From: Octopus vulgaris
Taxonomy: Eukaryota
NCBI GenBank assembly: GCA_951406725.2
Contig: OX597822.1
Location: 100,254,001-100,318,000 of the forward strand
Reading direction: 5' to 3'
Length of the DNA: 64,000 bases
Below are positions 1 through 13,519 of the stretch, piece by piece. Positions within the stretch are counted from its first letter, which is position 1. Each line of letters begins with the position of its first letter. The notes beneath the pieces were generated by a model that saw only the letters and a list, made by a program, of their open reading frames with translations, searched no databases and had not been told where the DNA came from. The position numbers were made by a program, and so were the translations under genes.

Positions 1-258
1 CGGTTCGACTGGGATCTGGAAGCCATGGAGGCTGCACTAGGCTCCAGTCTGATCTGGCAGTGTTTCTATAACTGGATGCCCTTCCTAACACCAACCACTC
101 CGTGAGTATAGTGGGTGTTTTTTTTATGTGCCACCGGCACAAGGGCCTGAGCAGGCTGGCAAATGGCCACGATCAATTGGTGCTTTTACGTGTCACCGAC
201 ACGGACGCCAGCCAGACGGCGCTGGCATCTGCCACGTTTGGACGGTGCTTTTTACGTA
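1..258 (-). mobile_element. (GAT)n-tailed RTE-3'-end repeat (cut by window edge)
   Basis: CTGGATGCCCTTCCTAAC..CAACCACTCC core and GTGCCACCGGCAC modules. Confidence 0.85.
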
Positions 259-2139
259 AGCATGTAAAAAGTATTTTATTTCCCATTTCATTAGTTGAAC
301 ATCTGAGAAACAGTGTTACAAGCTGTGGAGTACTGGAGGTGTTTTAATGTCTTGTCTTATATGTTCACGAGGTATTGTTGTTGTTTTGGCTTTTCGTCTT
401 CCTACCATTGATGAAATAACTATCGATAATATAACTTTGGTTTATTCAATTGGCTGTAGTTCCCTCTTTTGAAGATAATAAAACTGGCCTCTGTATCTAG
501 ACAAAATATTTTTTGTAGATTATTGCTGGTCTTTTCTTCATATTTACTATTAAGCGGTAGGAAATTTTTAATAACCTTACTGATGTGTGCCATAATTAGT
601 TTTATTTTTTTATAAAAGTACTCTCTTAGCAAGGTTCTTTGTTGCTATTGGATAATTGGTTTTATACTTCATTCTTTCCTTTCAACTGATGACTGGCAAA
701 TTAAGTTCATTAACCATGAAATTTTGAACATTTAACTAGTGATAAAATTTAGTGCTTTTTCACATTTACCTTGTTTACAGTTGCACATATAGCATTTATT
801 CTCTCTGATAGAATTGAGGAGAAAAACTAAACGGCCAAATCTGCAATCTATGTAACAATTTTAACCCAATACCATTTTCTTGATTACTTGATTCTTTCCC
901 CCTCCTCCTTTGTGTCTGTCTGTCTGAGTGAGTGAGTCCTTCCTTCCTTCCACTGTTCAGTAATGGGGATGTAAACAAACCAACACTGGTTGTCAAGCAG
1001 TGGTGGTGGACATGGACACACACACGTATATGTCAGGCTTTTACGGTTTCTGTTTACTAAATTCATTTGCAAGGCATTTATTGGCCCGAGGCTATATTAG
1101 AAAATACTTGCCTTAGATGTCAATGGGACTGAGGCTATATAAGAAAATACTTGCCCAAGGTTCCACAGTGGGACTGAACCTGAAATCACATTGCAAAGCG
1201 AGTGTCTGTACCACAGAGCCATACTTGTGACTATTTGATGTATTTTTAAAAACGATTTTCCTGCTTTTATTATTTTTGCTGCTTTTATTATTTTTTTTTT
1301 GAAATTATATTAAGGAGAAAGACTCTACCCCAAGCTTTGGTCCAGCTGCATTTTTCTGTATGTCATAAGTTGAGAAAGTGAACTATTCTATATTGGTCTG
1401 ATGTGATCATTGTCTTAATTCTCAAGAAATGACTTTTAAATACAGAACTTTGCAGGATAGCAAAATTCTCTATGCAATATTCAAAACCAACCTGTGGAAA
1501 ACGTTAGATGCTCTCTTAATTCTGAGGATGATAAGTCCCGTTTGTAAGGAGAAATTATGAATGTGAGGCTTTGAAATAAAATAACACGTGTACTATAAAG
1601 ACTTTAGGATTACACTCGAATGTTTTTGTTTTTCAATTGTGAAACCTGTCTGATGTTATGCAACACCAGTTTAGCTTAAATCATGTCATAGGTCACTCAC
1701 ACACACACACACACACACACACATTTGTATGTTTGTGCTGTAATTTCCGCAGCTTACCTGTTGTTTGTCTATTAAGAACTAACTTTATTATGCGAATATG
1801 TGAGTAGTTGTTAAAAACATTGCTTCACTTTCTCATCTTTTTAATAACAACTTCATTAGCATTAAATTGCTGTTCTCGAGATTTATTTATATCTTTGACT
1901 AATTAGCTTGGGCATCAGAGTTGCGTGAAGAGCTGATAATGTCAAGAGGCCAATCAATGTTGGTATTGGTGTTTTAATTATTCTAAGTAGTTTTTCTATG
2001 CATGTCTGGAATATGATGGAGTTCTAACAGTTGTGGCTTTAGCATTGGTCATTCTCTTTTGAGTGCACCTTGTTTATTGCTCACTGAACGAACTGGTTTT
2101 TCTCTCTTTTCCTTCAACTATCTTTCTTCCTTGCCTCCT

Positions 2140-3140
2140 GTCACCCCTCTCTTCTGTGAGCCCTGGCCCCTCTCTTCTTCGAGCCCCTGCCCCTCTCTTC
2201 TTCGAGCCCCTGCCCCTCTCTTCTTTAAGCCCCTCCTCTCTCTTTGACACCTCCCCTTGCCTCTCTCTTTGACACGGCCCTCTGCCCCTCTCTTTGATCC
2301 CTTCTTCTCTTCGATCCCCTCTGCTCCGCCATTCTTTGATCCCTTCTGCCCTTCTCTTCGATCCCCTCTGCTCCGCCATTCTTTGATCCCTCCTGCCCCT
2401 CTTGTCTTTGCCCCCACTCCCCCTTCTCGTTTTTGTCCCCCCTTTTTCCTTGTCCCCTTCCTCTTTGCCACCACTCCACCTCTCCCATCACCCCTACCTC
2501 CCTCTCCCGTCACCTCTGCCTCTCTCTCTGTCCATCTCCTGTCACCTCTACCTTTCTCTCTCCCTCTCCCGTCACCTCTACCTCTCCCTCTCCCGTCACC
2601 TCTCCCTCTCCCATCACCTCTACCTCTCCCTCTCCCGTCACCTCTACCTCTCCCTCTCCCGTCACCTCTACCTCTCCCGTCACCTCTACCTCTCCCGTCA
2701 CCTCTACCTCTCCCTCTCCCGTCACCTCTATCTCTCCCTCTCCCGTCACCTCTATCTCTCCCTCTCCCGTCACCTCTATCTCTCCCTCTCCCATCACCTC
2801 TATCTCTCCCTCTCCTGTCACCTCTACCTCTCTCCCTCCACCTTTCTTCTCTCCTATCACCTCTCTCTTCCTGTCACCTCTCTCTCTCCCTCTCACCCCT
2901 CCGCTACCTCTCTCCCTCTCCCCGTCGCCTCCCCACCTTTCCCTCTTCGTGGCCTCTCTACCTCTCTCTCCCTTCCTCTCCACCTCTCCCTTTCCCATCA
3001 CCTCTCCTCTATCAACCCCCTCCCCGATGTCTTGCCACCTCTCACCCTCCCAGTCGCCCCATCTCCGTTGCCTTCGGAACTCTCTCTTCTCTTTGTCGCC
3101 TCCCCACCTACCTCTCTTCCCTCTGTTGCCTCCCACCTTT
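2140..3140. repeat. Polypyrimidine minisatellite complex (24-bp CACCTCTACCTCTCCCTCTCCCGT and 18-36-bp units)
   Basis: Tandem units directly visible; about 1 kb C/T-rich strand. Confidence 0.92.
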
Positions 3141-4007
3141 CCCCTATCAGTTCCTTCCTGTTCTGTTCTCTCACTTTCCTATATTTAAAGTATTACTCTT
3201 TCACTTCTCCAATACAACCACCAGACAGTCTGTATATGAAACCTACCTTGTCTTCAGGCATGTTGATTTTACAAATCTCTTTCTGTCCTGTTCATTATCT
3301 TAATGGAGTCTTTTTTTCCATATATATATATAATTTATTGCGTGTCTGTAGCTCTGTCTGCAGCTATTCCCTTCACTAAACATAGCTCAGTCCCTTCTGT
3401 AAGTAATTAATAGCAGTTGAAAGTAACCATCAACAGTCTCTCTCTCTCTCTCTCTCTCTCATTTTGTTTTTACACTTCCAGTATTTGCTGTTAAATTCTC
3501 GCTTCTGAAGCATCTTGAGTATCTGTTTGTTGTTCAACAGTTTTTGCTCAGGTCTGCTACATTATTAAGTTCTTGAGGCAAATCAATATGCACAACACAT
3601 ATTTATCTTTATTGATCACTCCAATCACTTTGATCAGATAATTAGCATGGTCAGAGAGCTGGCGTGCTGAAATTTTCGAAATTTCTTAAAGTACGGTTCT
3701 GGTCATTCTGGTGGTTTCTCAGTCATTTTGTTTCCTGCTTTCATAGTTTACCCTTTCAGCACCCGGTATGAAAAAAACCACTGCCCTCCTCAGGTACTCC
3801 TGCTTATTTAGTTTTGGGGACTTTTCCTTTTTATTGGTCTTTTCTTGTTAGTGTCAGTGGCATGCAATAGAGCGCCCAGTACACACTGTAAAGTGGTTGA
3901 TACTAGGAATGGTATCCAGCTTGTAGAACCATGTTAAAGCTGCCAATGGAGCTTGACAAACCCTGGGAGCTTGCTGGATCCTGCCAAAATGGAAAATGTA
4001 TGTCTAA

Positions 4008-4228
4008 CCCTTTTGTTACTGTATTTATTTTGAGATGCTCTGTGTTTCTTTCAATTACTTTAGATATAACAAAGAATTTAGTAAAATAACTTAGTCATCA
4101 TTAAGCTTGTGTTAGGAACATAAATCGTGACTAAGGTTTGGTGGAAGATTTTAATTCAAAACTTATGAAAACTAGACATTTGTACTACAGAGCCAGAGCT
4201 GGTTTCAGCCAGGTTGGTATCAAAAAGG
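4008..4228. mobile_element. piggyBac-type MITE family A (221 bp)
   Basis: CCCTTTTGTTAC...GTATCAAAAAGG ends, CTAA/TTAA flanks; matches 51814 copy. Confidence 0.82.
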
Positions 4229-4502
4229 TTAATGATTATGATGTGGTACTGAAAATTTTAGAAGATTCTGATGATCAATGTGAATTTGATTTAATGTATC
4301 CATTGGATGACTTGAAGCTGACTGAAGTTAAAGTATTTCAAGTAGGAAATGATGTTGGGGTGCTTGCTTATAACAGCATAAAATGTAAGACAGCAATTCT
4401 GGAGTTTGTTTTACATTGTTTTACCATATTTTGTTGGCACTATCCCTTTATGATTTCATATTCTACAGATATGCTAAATTAGTCTTCATGAATATTTTGG
4501 GA

Positions 4503-4748
4503 TCATCATCATCATCATCATTTAACGTCCGCTTTCCATGCTAGCATGGGTTGGACGGTTCAACTGGGGTCTGGGGAGCCCGAAGGCTGCACCAGGCCAG
4601 TCAGATCTGGCAGTGTTTCTACAGCTGGATGCCCTTCCTAACGCCAACCACTCTGAGAGTGTAGTGGGTGATTTTATGTGCCACCGGCACAGGTGCCAGA
4701 CGAGGCTGGCGAACGGCCACGCTCAGATGGTGTTTTTTATGTGCCATG
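4503..4748 (-). mobile_element. (GAT)n-tailed RTE-3'-end repeat
   Basis: (CAT)n followed by family core. Confidence 0.88.
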
Positions 4749-4884
4749 TAAATAATAGTATTCTTTTTCCTCTACTAACAGTAAAAGCTCCTTGTTCTGA
4801 AATAAGGATTATTGTTTTTCATCAGACCATGGTAGAAAGAATCCAGTTTCTGTTTACATTTTATTGTCGATGTTACATTATATT

Positions 4885-5083
4885 CATTATTTACATTATT
4901 TACAATTGATGGATATTTGTCCTCATCTTGTTTGTTGTTAACACAATGTTTCGGCCGATATACCTTCCAGTCTTCATCAGGTATCTTGGTGAAATTTTGA
5001 ACAACAAACAAGATGAGGACAAATATCTGTCAATTGTAAATAATTTAAATAATGTACATAATTCCACATCTCTTAAATATAGA
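4885..5083. mobile_element. Penelope-like end with about 55-bp inverted arms
   Basis: Arms ATTATTTACA...TTGTTTGTTGTT and AACAACAAACAA...AATAATGT; flanking direct repeat ACATTATATT (4875, 5084); same family at 50618-50685 and 50978-51042. Confidence 0.62.
4940..4985 (-). ncRNA. Decayed minimal hammerhead motif (Penelope type)
   Basis: Reverse complement: GATAC-CTGATGA-agactggaaggtatatcggcc-GAAA-CA-TT-GTGTT. Confidence 0.55.
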
Positions 5084-6085
5084 ACATTATATTTCTGGGA
5101 CAAAATACTTAAACCTAATCAAAACTTTGGTTGTCCAATGTATGGCTCAGTTTCAAATTATATTTTGCTGTACTTATTGATGCTTTGCTCAAAGGAATTA
5201 ATGTCGTAACTTTTTACTTTTGCTCCTGCATTGCAAGCCTAATAAAAACATTAAATAACAATTGTTATATTTATACTTTAAATGAGATTTTTTTTGTGTG
5301 TTTTTACCAATCATAAGAACAGCTATAATGACATTGGTCACAAATTGGATTAATTTTTTGAAATCGACGATCAAGGTAAATCACCTGAAATGTAAAGGAG
5401 TAAATACTAAAATCTCTTCTTTAGGTGAGGTAGCTAACTTTTTTCATTTCTGGATCTCTCTTTCTACAGATTAGTTGGATTTAACCTAGATATGCTTGGC
5501 TGTATTATTTTGTAATTTGTGGGTATATAAAATTGACTTGATTGTAATATTCCTTTTTTTTTTTTTTTTTTTTTTAGCCATCTTGTTATGCTGTGTAAAT
5601 TTTCTCTTATAAAAGTATGTGCACTGAATATATTGTATGTAAATCTAATGTTATTTTAGACAATTACACTTTTCTGTGATGGTTGTGAAGTGTGTGTGTG
5701 CACAGCTGAGAGGAAACTGTTTTGCTGAGGAGTTTATTGCTTTGGTGCCATTAACTATTGGCAGAGTTCAAATGAAAATTAAGATTTTGCTATGTACCCC
5801 TGCCCCCCAGGTCAGCTTTAATGCAGCAGTCCAAGAGTATGCAAATAGTCAAATGAGGACTTGCTGTCCACAGAGTCCTAATTATATCACATTTCTTCCC
5901 TACTGAGGACAATACTATACATTCTCACAAGCATTGGTAAATTATATGAAGTACAGTGAAACAGCCTGGACATGTATTTTCTATTGTTCTGCATTGATTT
6001 TGTTAAGTATTTTTATTAAATTTCTTTAAATATTTATCTGAAAAATGGTAATGGTGCAAAAGAACAGAAGAATCATTGTTTTTAA

Positions 6086-6306
6086 CTCTTTAGTGTCTTA
6101 ACTGGCCAAATCCGGCCCAATATATTCTACATGTTTTATATTCAAACTGGCGATATCTAGCCTCTCACTCCTAACCTACAATGCCATTCTGAAAATAAAC
6201 AATCACATCATTGAAACCTCAAAGCTGTAAGATAATGCATGAGTAATTCAAAACAATTTGAGTGAAAAAGCATTACATTTAACAGAGTAATCTGAACACT
6301 AAAGGG
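6086..6306. mobile_element. piggyBac-type MITE family B (221 bp)
   Basis: TTAA-CTCTTTAGTGT...ACACTAAAGGG-TTAA. Confidence 0.82.
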
Positions 6307-6666
6307 TTAAATCAAGAAATTGCTTATTATAATCATACTTCCCAATTTTTATTTTAGCAATTTACATGATGGGGTCAACAAGTTGTCAATGAATCCACGA
6401 AGGGTCATTGATATAAAAAATTTGCCTGCTTCTGATCTAGAGGCTTCTGTATTAGCTTGGGTTAATTTTTGTTAATGATTGTTACAAATGGTGCTAGTTT
6501 ATGTAGTGGATTCCACTTGACATCTGCTTCTCACTTGAAGACTCCTCATCGGCTGACACTAGTTGCTTAGAGAGGATGGTAGCTATTGTAATTTTCTTCT
6601 GGTAGACGGTCATTTTGGCTGCAGGAAGACAATATTTCTTGAACTCTGTACTTGTTTCCTCCTTAA

Positions 6667-6887
6667 CCCTTTAGTGTTTGCATTATTCTGCCAAAATTAA
6701 TCCTTTTTTATCCACATTGCCTTGAACTAATCAGGCATTATCTTGGTGCTATGAGATTTTCATGAGGTAGCTGTTAATTTTTAAAACGATATTGTGGGGC
6801 TGGTGTGAGAGACCAGATCTGGCCAGTTTAAACATAAAACAGGCAGAATACTTTTGGCCGGATATGGCCGGTTTAAATGCTAAAGGG
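6667..6887. mobile_element. piggyBac-type MITE family B (221 bp), inverted relative to 6086 copy
   Basis: TTAA-CCCTTTAGTGTTT...AAATGCTAAAGGG-TTAA. Confidence 0.85.
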
Positions 6888-7595
6888 TTAATACAATCTT
6901 CTGCTTTTATAGTTTCTAATTGATTTCAGTTGTGCATATTCTTAACACTGGTTAATGGTTTAGCTTCACTGTTGGTTTGGATTAGTGGATGAGCATCTTC
7001 TATAAATTTTGATGCCTATACTTTATCTTGAAGTTTTATTTTTTCTGTATATCTATACTTCACAAAAAGAAAATAATTTTGTCTTTTGCTGTTCATATTT
7101 TAAAAAACCTGTTTGCTGTTCTCTACTTGATTGATGCAAATACAAATATATTAAACCTAAATATGACATCTTGCAGCTGTTGATGAGATTAACTTTATTT
7201 CTCATTGTTTTTGTTAGATTTTTCACGTTACCATGAGAACAGTTTGTGCAAATTTTCACATTTGCTTGCTTGTTTCTTTCTATTTTTCATATTTTTATAT
7301 CACAGAATTGGTCAATAGTAGTATCATTGGTTATAGGTTTCTAATGGATCAATCTCAGATTCCACACGTTTGTAGTTTGATGCAGAACAAACGCCTGAAG
7401 ACTTTGTTTGTAACACACTGGTTTCTCAGTTTTCTCAACAGTTTATATCCTTCGGAGGAACACACTCTACACACGCAAATAAATGGCTTCTACACTATAT
7501 CAGATTCCACTCACCTAATATTAATGAAGCTGAGGCTGCCACGTATTAAGATTGAAACTAGAACTACATGGTTGTGAAGCACTCAAACAGCTATA

Positions 7596-7782
7596 CATCA
7601 TCATCGTTTAACGTCCACTTTCCATGCTAGCATGGGTTGGACGATTTTGACTGAGGGCTGGTGAACCAGATGGCTGCACCAAGCTCCAATCTTGATTTGG
7701 CAGAGTTTCTACAGCTGGATGCCCTTCCTAATGCCAACCACTCCGAGAGTGTAGTGGGTGCTTTTTACGTGTCACCGGCACA
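7596..7782 (-). mobile_element. (GAT)n-tailed RTE-3'-end repeat
   Basis: Family core. Confidence 0.85.
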
Positions 7783-7986
7783 TGCTTGCAAATAATTTTT
7801 ACAGCTGGAAGACCCCACCCCCCTGCTAACTTCATCTATGACATAACGTAACTTATTGTTAGTTATGAAGACCGACACTTTAACTTGGAAAACTTGGTCG
7901 GTTTCTTTTTTTTTTTTTTTATTAAAATTTGTTTACAGACTCCATTGATAAATAGTGTATAGTGTATATTGAAGATATATGTTTAA

Positions 7987-8186
7987 CCAGTTTGCTAACA
8001 TATTTCTTTTGAAATGCATTTCCCTTGTTTTGAAATAATGAAGAATTTTGTGAAGTAACTTTCGTTATCATGGTGGTGTTTGAGACATGAAAGTTTGACG
8101 GAGAAGCTTTTAGCTTAGATCACTGGAAACCAGGATGTTTATATCATGGAACTAGGATGGTCTCGGGTGAGTTGCTATCAAAAGAG
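7987..8186. mobile_element. Older family-A-related TTAA MITE
   Basis: TTAA flanks, decayed family A internal sequence. Confidence 0.6.
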
Positions 8187-8328
8187 TTAATTAACTTTGA
8201 AAGTGTAATGTTATTAGATCAGTGCAGTTGATTGATTAAAGCAGCAATACTTGCTTCATATCTTAATATCACCATGATGTACTCTAAACTTGTTTACTTT
8301 AAGGGGGATAGTGGCAGTTGATAACCCC

Positions 8329-8360
<32 letters not shown>

Positions 8361-9199
8361 GAGCAATTCTTTGAAGTGTTTTGTTAATATTCGCTATGGT
8401 TCACAATAGTATTTTATTTCAGTCAATAGGTTACCTAAATGAGCTTACTACTTTTAAATTGGAGTGGGGGTTAGATAAATAAACAGTAAAAGTGTTCAAC
8501 TACTTGACAACATGGGGGAAAGATGGAATATCAGAATAAAGGTGATGTTATTTTAATAACTAACAATTGATTTTTGTTTTATTTTTATTAATCCTGTGCA
8601 GCTGCAGAATAATATTGCATACTCTTTTAAAAACTGCATGCTTTAGAATTGCTCGAGAAAGTTTTCATAATGCATAAGGGTTTTCTGTTTTGTTATTTAT
8701 ATTATTTCTTAATGAGGATTATGTTGTGAAAGAGTGGATGGAAGCTAGAAAAATCTTCTGCAATTCTTGATTTAGTTCTTGTGTGTTTATTACAAGTCAG
8801 AGCAGGTGTCTTCCTCAAATATTCCATTTACAATACATAAAGGAATATGTCACTAATCCATGATAAATGTCGGATTATTCCGAAGGCAGAAAGTTAACCC
8901 TACTCTTATTGATGACTTAAATGTATTTTGTTTCAGATTCACTACCATTACACTAATGGTAGTCAACTGACTTGTCATACTCTTATATAATTAAAATATA
9001 ATAGATTGATATAAGTTTACAAATGCTTTCAATGCTTTCACCTGTCTAAATGGATTATAAACATGATCTGAAAGATCTTGGATTACTCTGAGGAAACCTC
9101 TTTGGATATGGAAACTGAGTAAACATGGTAGACAAGTATCTTCAAGGGTCATTCAAGTTTTTCCCTGTGAGTGTGTGTGTGACAAAATGAAAAAAAAAA

Positions 9200-9303
<104 letters not shown>

Positions 9304-10709
9304 TTAGGTACAAATAGTGCTCTTAATATAACTACACACACACTTAGGAATATTCATGTGTGCATATACATATGCAATGTGCTCATATATACATGTACAC
9401 GTATTTTATGTACATATACTTGAAGTACATACATATTGTGTGTGTGTGTACACATGGTCATGCACACTTGGAGCACATACATTACCTTTTATGTTTTAAT
9501 TCCTGATTATTCCAGCATTCCATTTCAGTTGTAATTTGGTGTTTTGGGATTTGTTTTATCATACAGGAAATTTACTGATGCCTATATATATATATATGTG
9601 TGTGTGTATGTATATATATATATTCTTTTGTGCATAGAAATAGATTATTATATTGATTTTCAAGCTAATATTATTTAATGTTTTCCTTCCAAACTGAAAA
9701 TTTTAGAATCAGTCTGACATTTTATCAATGCATCAGGTGCTAAAGGATTAAGAAACCAGGTATTTGCTGTTTCTGACTTGTAAAGCTGATAATTCACTTA
9801 GAAGGGTTGAATATTTTTTATGAAATTCTTCAAAGCCTTCACTTGAACTGTGGGACATCGAATTTGGGCATCTGTCAAATTGTTAGGTACCAGCAGTCTG
9901 TAGTGTTTCAAAGAGTTTTCTCTATAGCCTGTGTCATTCTATTGTTGCTGTTGTTGTTGTTGTCTAGTAGAAATGTAGTGTTGATTGAACAGAGCTTAGT
10001 TTTTAAGTCAGTTTTTTAGGTTAGATTTTTGATTTGAACTGCATGACTTCATTTGTCCCTAATACTTTATAATAATTTGGAAAAAGAACCTATTCATCTG
10101 CAGTCTAATTTGAGTTCATTTTGATCTTTTATTCACTCGGGATCATAAGAATTAATGATTATATTCTTTGGAATAAGAGCAGAAAAGTATAAATTTCACA
10201 TTTTTGTTGCACTATGTGCTCAACAGCTGTTTCATTAGAATAAAGATCATTAATTCCATAATTACATGTTTGATAGATAATTGATTTAAATTATTTTAAA
10301 AGCTCTTTTTACCCAAATCATCAGGAGTATTATTTATATATGCACATGCACACATATATTTGATATATACTTATATGCACACAGACAATGATATATGTAA
10401 ATATTCTCTCCATTCTGCATTGCAAACAAATTCATTCATATGGCAGAATTAGTAAAGCAAGAGATAAAAATGGCCTTGCTTTTGTCTTCTGAGTTCAAAT
10501 CCCATCAGGGTTGTTTTTTATCTTCCACCCTTCTAGGTTCAAAATGAAATAAATACCAACTGCTGGGTCCATATCATTAGAAGCCACCTCTCTCCTAAAA
10601 CTTTTTGAGTTGATAAAATATATACCACAATAAGTGGAAAGAAAGGAGGAAGTTTTTTGTTGATTAGAAATCTGGCCTGAGGGCTTGCAACAGAGTGGAC
10701 TCCGCTTAA

Positions 10710-10930
10710 CCCTTTCATTACCAACCTGGCTGAAACCGGCTTTGGCTCTTTAGTATAAATGTCTTGTTTCCATAAGTTTTGAATTAAAATCTTCCACCAA
10801 ACCTTAGTCACAATTTATGTTCCTAACACTAGCTTAACGATAACGAAGATATTTTACTAAATTCTTTGTTATATTTAAAGTAATTGAAAGAAACACAGAG
10901 CATCTCAAAATAAATACAGTAACGAAAGGG
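10710..10930. mobile_element. piggyBac-type MITE family A (221 bp)
   Basis: TTAA-CCCTTTCATTAC...GTAACGAAAGGG-TTAA. Confidence 0.88.
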
Positions 10931-12545
10931 TTAAGGCATTCAAGGACCAGATGATGGTGCTAAACAGGGTGATGGATTGTCTACCATCAATGAACATCTA
11001 GAAGCAACTCAGAGTGTAACATATTTAAAATCTATGACCACAGATTTTAGACAAGTTAAGAACAACTGGGGAAAAAATAACTATGCTGTTATAAAATTAG
11101 CTGTTGCTTATAAGTATTGAGAAGCATGTCTCAGAAATAAACACAGTAAAAACATACTTAATGCATTGTGAATTGAATTTAACTTATGTTGTGATTGTGT
11201 TGATTCTTGTCAATGGATTTGTTTTAAAGCTACTTACCTAAGCTAATGTTTTTCCCTACATCAGCATTAATAAAAGAAGAAAAAAACCCAAACAAGCATC
11301 AAAACACAACCCTATTATCTTCCTCGATACTATGACAAATGTATTACATCTTTACCACCTGGTCTACTGGTTATGTATCTTGTTTTTAGTGATATCGTTA
11401 TCTTCCCGTCAGTCAATAAATTGATTTAAATGTGAAAGCAGTTTCAAGTTTCTATGAATTACTTTGCCAACCATATTGTTACACACATACTCTCACACAT
11501 TCATTTTCATACAACTCTGCAATATAGCTCCATTTTTTTTTTTTCTATTAATCTATTTTTTAAAATTAATTCAGAAAATTTTAATGAATAGAAATCATAT
11601 ATGATATATAAGAAAATATGGAGAGTATTGTCAGTCCTGTAAATAAACTATAGAATTGTCTTCATATGTATTGAGCTAAGTCAGCCACTCAGATCCCATT
11701 GTTGTCTGTTAACTCTTTTGTTACCATATTTCTGGAGACACTACTTTTGTTTCATATACATTTGAAAATAAGGAAAAATTTCGCATATAACTTTGTAATT
11801 ATTAAGCTGGTGTTTGAAATATAAATTGTGTGATTTTCATGGAAGGGTTTAATTTAAATTACTTTAACCATTTTGCTACCATATTAGTAGTGAATAAAAC
11901 CTGCGATAAAGTTTTAATTAGATATATAGTTTCAAGTGTGACTGTGGTAATCAGCTTGCTTCCCAACCATGTGGTCTTGGGTTCAGTCCCACTGCATGGT
12001 ATCTTGGGCAAATGTCTTCAACTATAGTTCAAACTAAGGTCTAATTGTGTGTGTGTGTGTGTATGTGTGTACACTTATCTTGACATCATGTGATAGTTGT
12101 AAATGAGCATCGCTATTATCCAGTGTTATTCATTTCCAGTTTTCCATGAAAGACATGTCTGGCCATAGGGAAACGTTATTTGCTTTGAAACAGGTGAGGG
12201 TTGGTGACCCATCTGATCCATGCAGGCATGGAGCAAGGGACATTAAACAATAATGATCGTGTGTGTGTTTGTATGCACACACACCACACACAATATGCAC
12301 ATGCTGTATACTTTGTTTATGGTGAGCTGTGCTTTTTTCTTTTTTCCTAGATTGAAGTCTGTCTTGTACAATTAATGATAGCACTGTTTACCTATTGTAC
12401 AATTTGTGGCAATAGAAGTTGAAAATCCTGTGATGAGCTTTCTCTTTTGTTACCCAATTTCTTTTTGAATACACTGCATTTGTTTCAATTAACTGTGAAA
12501 ATAATGGAAGAATTCAGTAAAATAACTTTTATCGTTATTAACTGG

Positions 12546-12748
12546 AAAGTTTACGAAAATAAACAAAAGACGAAGGCAGGTGGAGTACAAACAAACAAAT
12601 ATATTAGTATAGCGCTCAGGAATAGAAATAGAAAAAGTCTTTAACGTTTCGAGCCTACGCCCTTCGACAGAAAGATACACAGAAAAAAACAAGGAGAGAA
12701 AAAAATGCGTGTAGGAGCTAACGACCTATCATGGCGTCCTGACTTCGG
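12546..12748 (-). mobile_element. Penelope-like fragment inserted in an old TTAA MITE
   Basis: About 20-bp imperfect target duplication (acttt(t)atcRttattaa(g)ctgg) at 12525 and 12749; carries hammerhead motif. Confidence 0.6.
12638..12675 (-). ncRNA. Minimal hammerhead motif (Penelope type)
   Basis: Reverse complement: TCTTT-CTGTCGA-aGGGC gtag GCTC-GAAA-CG-TT-AAAGA; palindromic AACGTT; core deviates (CUGUCGA). Confidence 0.6.
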
Positions 12749-12895
12749 ACTTTATCATTATTAAGCTGGTTTTTGGAATATAGATTAACATGAAATTTGA
12801 TGGAAGGTTTTTAATTTAGATCATTTTAAAATAAGAAGTTAGTAGAATAGAAGTAAAAGTTGTCTCAGGCAGGTTGGTATCAAAAAAGTTAAGTA

Positions 12896-13461
12896 TTGGT
12901 TTGTCCGGAAAGTTTGTGCCGATTTTTAAAGGAAAGAAAAAGGTCAATGAATATTTGCCATTACATTTTTAATCAACCAAATATGAACCGTTTTGTTGCA
13001 CAATGCATCTCCATCTTTCCTTTAACTTGAAAATACCCTCTTCCCAGTATTGAGGTGGTTTCATGGCAAAGAATTTATCAAGGTATCTTTTTACGTCATC
13101 TAAGGAATTGAAATTTTTACCATTAAGACTATTCTGCAGAGACCTAAATAAGTGGAAATCCGAAGGAGCAATATCTGCTGAATATGGAGGGTGGGGTAAC
13201 ACATCCCAACCAAGCTGCAGCAATTTTCGTCTGGTTCCCAAAGCATCAAGTTCTGAAAATGAACTTTCTTATCTTCCAATTTAAAGGGTTGCAGAATTAA
13301 CACAGGTTATAGGAACATAAACCTTCTTCCACGTAAAGGTAGCTTAAACTGTGCTCTAAATGGAGGTGTAGTCAAATCTTATTTTATGGACTCAACCATG
13401 TTCTAAAATAAGTCGAATGGTAAGCTACTATAAATCGGCACGAACTTTCCGGACAACCCAA
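12896..13461 (-). mobile_element. Internally deleted mariner (DD34D) element
   Basis: About 30-bp TIRs TTGGKTTGTCCGGAAAGTTYGTGCCGATTT, TA TSD; LPHPPYSADIAPSDFHLFRSLQ motif. Confidence 0.93.
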
Positions 13462-13519
13462 TATATTTTATCAGTATTGGTCAACTATCTTTTACTTATT
13501 AATTTTTTTTCGTTTTACA

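Noticed and set aside
2059-3379. Long ORFs of 200-350 aa
   Set aside because: Artefacts of a stop-free pyrimidine minisatellite; open in several frames and on both strands
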